In this document: piece by piece, positions 60,206 to 64,000 of the stretch
Numbering within the stretch: position 1 is the stretch's first letter
How the letters are laid out: each line of letters begins with the position of its first letter
Assembly: GCA_963798845.1 (NCBI GenBank)
Contig: CAWCUS010000001.1
Span: forward strand, 96,001 to 160,000
Source: an uncultured Gemmatimonadales bacterium
Lineage (GTDB): Bacteria; Gemmatimonadota; Gemmatimonadetes; Longimicrobiales; RSA9
Length of the DNA: 64,000 nt
Direction: 5' to 3'
Notes under the pieces: model-generated
The model's input: only the letters and a program-made list of their open reading frames with translations
Told to the model about the DNA's origin: nothing
The model's database searches: none
Translations under genes and position numbers: made by a program

Positions 60206-61638
60206 CGACCCCCTCCCTTCGCTGCGACATCCCGCAGCAGCTTCGCCGTTCGCTCGGGGTCGGCCCTCCCCCGCGACTTCCGCATGATCCGACCCATGAA
60301 GAACCCAACGAGCTGTGCCTCGCCCGCTTCCAGCCGTGACGCCTCCTGCGGATCCTCGGCCAGCGCTTCCGCCACCCACCGCTCCAGCTGCCCCGGGTCG
60401 CGGACCTGCACCAGCCCCTCCTCGACCACGATCTCCCGCGCGCTCCTCCCGCTCTCCGACATCCGGGCGAACACGGTGCGCGCCATGGTGTTGGAGAGGG
60501 TGCCCTCGGCCACCATGACGATCAGCTCCGCCAGCAATGCGGCGGCAACGGGGAATTCCGTGATGGGGGCACCGTGCTCGTTCAGCCAGCCGAGCACGTC
60601 ACCCATCACCCAGTTGCTGGCCGCCTTCGCGTCCCCCGCCCGGCCCGCCACCGACTCGTAATAGTCGGCCAGCTCCCGCAATGCGGTCAGCACGTTGGCG
60701 TCGTACGGCGGGAGCCCATGATCCTCCCGGAAGCGTGACTCCCGTGCGCTCGGCAGCTCGGGCAGCGCAGCGCGGACCGCGGCCACGTCCGCGGCCGGCA
60801 CTCGCAGGGGCGGCAGATCCGGCTCGGGGAAGTAGCGGTAGTCGAGCGACGACTCCTTCGAGCGCATCGGCCGCGCCTCGCCCACGTCAGGGTCCCAGAG
60901 CACCGTCTCGGCCACCACGCGCCGGCCGCCGTCCAGGAGCGCCGCCTGCCGACTGGCCTCGAACTCGAGCGCGCGCTCCACTGCGGTGAACGAGTTCATG
61001 TTCTTGACTTCCGTCTTCGTGCCCAGCGCCCGCTCGCCGGCAGGGCGCACGGAGACGTTCGCGTCCACCCGTAGGCTCCCCTTCTCCATGTCGCAGTCGC
61101 TCACGTCCAGGTATTCGAGCAGCCGCTTCAGCCGCGTCAGGAAGGTCCGGGCCTGGCCGGGGCTCCGCAGGTCGGGCTCCGTCACGATCTCGACGAGCGG
61201 GACGCCCGCGCGGTTCAGGTCGATGGCCGTTCGCCCGACGAAGCGATCGTGCAACGATTTCCCGGCGTCCTCCTCGAGGTGGATGCGCCTGATCCGCGCA
61301 CGCACTCCGTCCGCGGCCAGGGCGCCGCCCGTGGCAAGCGGCCGGTCGTACTGGGTGATCTGATAGCCCTTCGGCAGGTCCGGATAGAAGTAGTTCTTGC
61401 GCGCAAAAATGCTCGTCTCGTGGACCTCGCAGTCGAGCGCGACGGCGGCACGCACCGCCAGCGCGACGGCCTCCCCGTTCACCACCGGCAGCGCGCCGGG
61501 AAGTCCCAGGCAGACGGGACAGACGTGCGTGTTCGGCTCCGCCCCGAACTGCGCGGCATCCGCGCAGAACATCTTGGTTCGCGTCGCGAGCTGGACGTGG
61601 ATCTCCAGGCCGATCACCGGCTCGAACACCGCGCTCAC
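60202..61638 (-). CDS. gatB: Asp-tRNA(Asn)/Glu-tRNA(Gln) amidotransferase subunit B
   Basis: IGLEIHVQL, RKNYFYPDLPKGYQITQ, HLEEDAGK, EVKNMNS, DYRYFPEPDLPP. Confidence 0.98.
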   Translation of the reverse strand: MSAVFEPVIGLEIHVQLATRTKMFCADAAQFGAEPNTHVCPVCLGLPGALPVVNGEAVALAVRAAVALDCEVHETSIFARKNYFYPDLPKGYQITQYDRPLATGGALAADGVRARIRRIHLEEDAGKSLHDRFVGRTAIDLNRAGVPLVEIVTEPDLRSPGQARTFLTRLKRLLEYLDVSDCDMEKGSLRVDANVSVRPAGERALGTKTEVKNMNSFTAVERALEFEASRQAALLDGGRRVVAETVLWDPDVGEARPMRSKESSLDYRYFPEPDLPPLRVPAADVAAVRAALPELPSARESRFREDHGLPPYDANVLTALRELADYYESVAGRAGDAKAASNWVMGDVLGWLNEHGAPITEFPVAAALLAELIVMVAEGTLSNTMARTVFARMSESGRSAREIVVEEGLVQVRDPGQLERWVAEALAEDPQEASRLEAGEAQLVGFFMGRIMRKSRGRADPERTAKLLRDVAAKGGGR

Positions 61639-63092
61639 GATCCCCCCTGCGCCAGCGCGCGCTCGAGGGCGCCCGCCACCCGAACCATCACCGCCTCGCC
61701 CCAGCGCGGCGCGAGCACCTGCCCGCCGACGGGCAGCCCGTCGGCCCGGCCGATCGGCACCGAGATCCCGGGGATCATGGCCAGGTTGGCCGTGACCGTG
61801 AACACGTCCGACAGGTACATGGCGTACGGGTCCGCCGCCCGCTCGCCCAGCCGGAACGCCGTGGTGGGCGTGGTCGGCGTGAAGAGGACGTCGGCGCCGG
61901 ACGCGAAGGCCGCTTCGAAATCGGCGGCAATGCGCCGACGGACGCGCTGAGCCCGGGCGTAGTAGCGGTCGTGGTAACCGGCGGAAAGCACGAATGTACC
62001 GAGCATGATCCGTCGCTTCACTTCCGGGCCGAACCCCGCCTGCCTGCTGGCGCGGTACACCTCCGCCGCGGATGCCCCGGGGGCGCGCACGCCGTAACGC
62101 ACCCCGTCGAACCGCGCCAGGTTGCTGGATGCCTCCGCGGGCGCGAGGACGTAGTAGGTGGGTATGGCGTAGCGCGTGTGCGGCATCGAGATCCGGCGGA
62201 TCACCGCGCCGGCTTCCGCGAGCGCCTCCAGCGCTTCACCGCAGCGGGCGCGCACGCCCGCGTCGAGCTCTTCCGGGAAATACTCTTCCGGTACCCCCAC
62301 CACGAGCCCGTCCACGCCACGGTCCGTGTCGCCCAGCAGGTCGGGGGGCGGGCGGTCCGCGCACGTCGCATCCAGAGCGTCGCGTCCGGCTACCACTTCC
62401 AGCAGCAGGGCCGCATCCTGCACCGTGCGGCCGAACGTCCCCACCTGGTCCATGGACGAGGCGAACGCCACCAGCCCGTATCGGCTCACGCGGCCGTAGC
62501 TCGGCTTGATCCCCACCACGCCGCAGAACGCCGCGGGCTGCCGGACAGAGCCGCCGGTTTCCGACCCCAGCGCGAGGGGGACCAGACCCGCCGCCACGGC
62601 CGCGGCCGATCCACCCGACGAGCCGCCGGGGACCCGATCGGGGTCGTGCGGATTCAGCGTGGGACCGAACGCGGAGCGCTCGGTGGAGGAGCCCATCGCG
62701 AACTCGTCCAGGTTCGTCTTTCCCGCGATGAGGGCTCCCGCGGCGCGCAGCCGACGCACCACGGTGGCGTCGTAGGGTGAGCGGAAGCCTTCCAGGATGC
62801 GGGACCCGCAGGTGGTGGGATGGTCGAGGGTGACCAGGTTGTCCTTCACCGCGACCGGAACGCCCGCCAGACGCGGCGCGCTCCGCCCCTCCTCACGGGC
62901 GCGCGCGAGATCGGCGTCCAGCGCCGCCGCCGCCGCCTTCAGCCGCCGCGCGTCGTGGCTGAGGAAGGCGTGCAGCGGCCGGTCTCCGGCGTCGGAGCTG
63001 TCGATGCCGGACGACACTGCCGCCGCGACTTCCACCGGCGACGTCTCGCCCGCGGCCACGGCCGCAGACAGTGCGACCGCACCCTGCTCCAA
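61635..63092 (-). CDS. gatA: Asp-tRNA(Asn)/Glu-tRNA(Gln) amidotransferase subunit A
   Basis: KDN, GKTNLDEFAMGS, PGGSSGGSA, GSETGGSVRQPA, SSNLARFDGVRYG. Start TTG 63092 or GTA 63104. Confidence 0.97.
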   Translation of the reverse strand: MEQGAVALSAAVAAGETSPVEVAAAVSSGIDSSDAGDRPLHAFLSHDARRLKAAAAALDADLARAREEGRSAPRLAGVPVAVKDNLVTLDHPTTCGSRILEGFRSPYDATVVRRLRAAGALIAGKTNLDEFAMGSSTERSAFGPTLNPHDPDRVPGGSSGGSAAAVAAGLVPLALGSETGGSVRQPAAFCGVVGIKPSYGRVSRYGLVAFASSMDQVGTFGRTVQDAALLLEVVAGRDALDATCADRPPPDLLGDTDRGVDGLVVGVPEEYFPEELDAGVRARCGEALEALAEAGAVIRRISMPHTRYAIPTYYVLAPAEASSNLARFDGVRYGVRAPGASAAEVYRASRQAGFGPEVKRRIMLGTFVLSAGYHDRYYARAQRVRRRIAADFEAAFASGADVLFTPTTPTTAFRLGERAADPYAMYLSDVFTVTANLAMIPGISVPIGRADGLPVGGQVLAPRWGEAVMVRVAGALERALAQGGS

Positions 63093-63100
63093 GAGCCCGG

Positions 63101-63436
63101 CTACGGCGCCACCTCCTCGTCGTCCCCCGGCTCCGCACGATGGGACGCGAGCCGCGGAACCGTGAAGAAGCCGCCCTCCCACGACGGGGCGTTCCCTTCC
63201 GGTCCGAACGCCAGCGGGTCCGGCCCCGGGACATCCGGGCGGAGCGGCGCCTCGCCGTCCCCGCCCGCCGTGGCGGCGTTTTCCGGGGCATCGTCCCCGC
63301 GCTCCGCTTCGGCCAGTGCTTCCATGTGCTGCAGGATTCCGTTCAGGTCGACCGTCATCCGCTCGGCTTCGGAGGCGTCGAGGCGGAGCCGCGCCAGCTC
63401 GGCCACGTGGCGGACTTCCTCCGGCGTCACACCCAT
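63101..63436 (-). CDS. gatC: Asp-tRNA(Asn)/Glu-tRNA(Gln) amidotransferase subunit C
   Basis: V.HVA.LARL, LRPD, NAP....FF.VP; AAGGAG before ATG 63436. Confidence 0.93.
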   Translation of the reverse strand: MGVTPEEVRHVAELARLRLDASEAERMTVDLNGILQHMEALAEAERGDDAPENAATAGGDGEAPLRPDVPGPDPLAFGPEGNAPSWEGGFFTVPRLASHRAEPGDDEEVAP

Positions 63437-63437
63437 T

Positions 63438-64000
63438 TCAGAGCTCCTTCTGGAGGTTGGCGTAGCGCACCACCACCTTCTTTCGCCCCACCCCATCGAA
63501 CTCGATCACCGCCTTCAGATCGCGCCCGAAGCCCGACAGCTCGCGGATGGTTCCGCGGCCGAACTGCGGGTGGCGAACCACTTCGCCCTTGATGAAGCGA
63601 GGCGCGTCCTGGCTTTCGCTGTAGTCAATGACGTAGCCGCCATCATCACCGAAGCTCTTCGCTTCCTCCTCGCGACCCCAGCGGCGGCTGCGACTCCCGA
63701 ATCCGGCCGAGCGCCGGCTCTGCCAGCTCTCGAAGGCGCGAGCCTGCCGCTCCACCTGGGGCGTCTCTCGATGCCGCACCAGCCCTTCCGGCAGCGGCTC
63801 GAGGAAGCTGGAAGCGACACACACCTTCATCTCCCCCATGCGCCGTCGCATTCGGGCGTGCGTCAGGCACACGGCCCGCTTCGCCCGGGTGATCCCCACA
63901 TAGAAGAGGCGTCGCTCCTCCTCGAGCTCCGCCGGCTCGTCGTACGCGCGGGCCAGCGGGAAGAGACCGTCCTCCAGACCGCTGATGAAGACCATGGGGA
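63438..64000 (-). CDS. UvrD/PcrA-family helicase, C-terminal part (starts outside window)
   Basis: GLEDGLFP, EEERRLFYVGITRA (motif VI), S.FL.., Tudor-like V.HP.FG.G tail. Confidence 0.95.
   Translation of the reverse strand, partial: PMVFISGLEDGLFPLARAYDEPAELEEERRLFYVGITRAKRAVCLTHARMRRRMGEMKVCVASSFLEPLPEGLVRHRETPQVERQARAFESWQSRRSAGFGSRSRRWGREEEAKSFGDDGGYVIDYSESQDAPRFIKGEVVRHPQFGRGTIRELSGFGRDLKAVIEFDGVGRKKVVVRYANLQKEL

Overview
Very GC-rich (about 70% by eye), gene-dense stretch of bacterial core chromosome. Gene content and protein style suggest Gemmatimonadota (FCB group); this is inference. About 60 CDS, mostly on the minus strand, running from a uvrD/pcrA 3' end through gatCAB, an M61 peptidase, murA, yfiH, rimP-nusA-L7Ae-infB-DUF503-rbfA-truB-ribF-rpsO-pnp-M16-ald-dut-mreBCD-mrdA-rodA-accD-folC-hisS-proS-lysA-guaA, then clpB, trxA, rsmI and a DinG helicase to the 5' end of valS. 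I saw no tRNA, rRNA, CRISPR array, integrase or transposase. Main signals: (1) exported proteins are strongly enriched in the Bacteroidota-type O-glycosylation sequon D-[ST]-[AILVMT] relative to cytoplasmic ones; (2) an uncharacterised four-gene envelope operon (DUF4159, DUF4175-like, TPR, secreted GATase-fold protein); (3) a PTS-EIIA / PII-like / cation:proton antiporter module; (4) a JAB(RadC-like)-DinG fusion lacking one Fe-S cysteine; (5) several genes whose best Shine-Dalgarno points at near-cognate start codons (CTG, ACG, GTA); (6) a Cys-to-Asp (fosfomycin-insensitive type) MurA; (7) a decayed ABC-permease remnant and two small genes the ORF track misses or mis-starts. Family calls come from motif recognition by eye, not from database searches.
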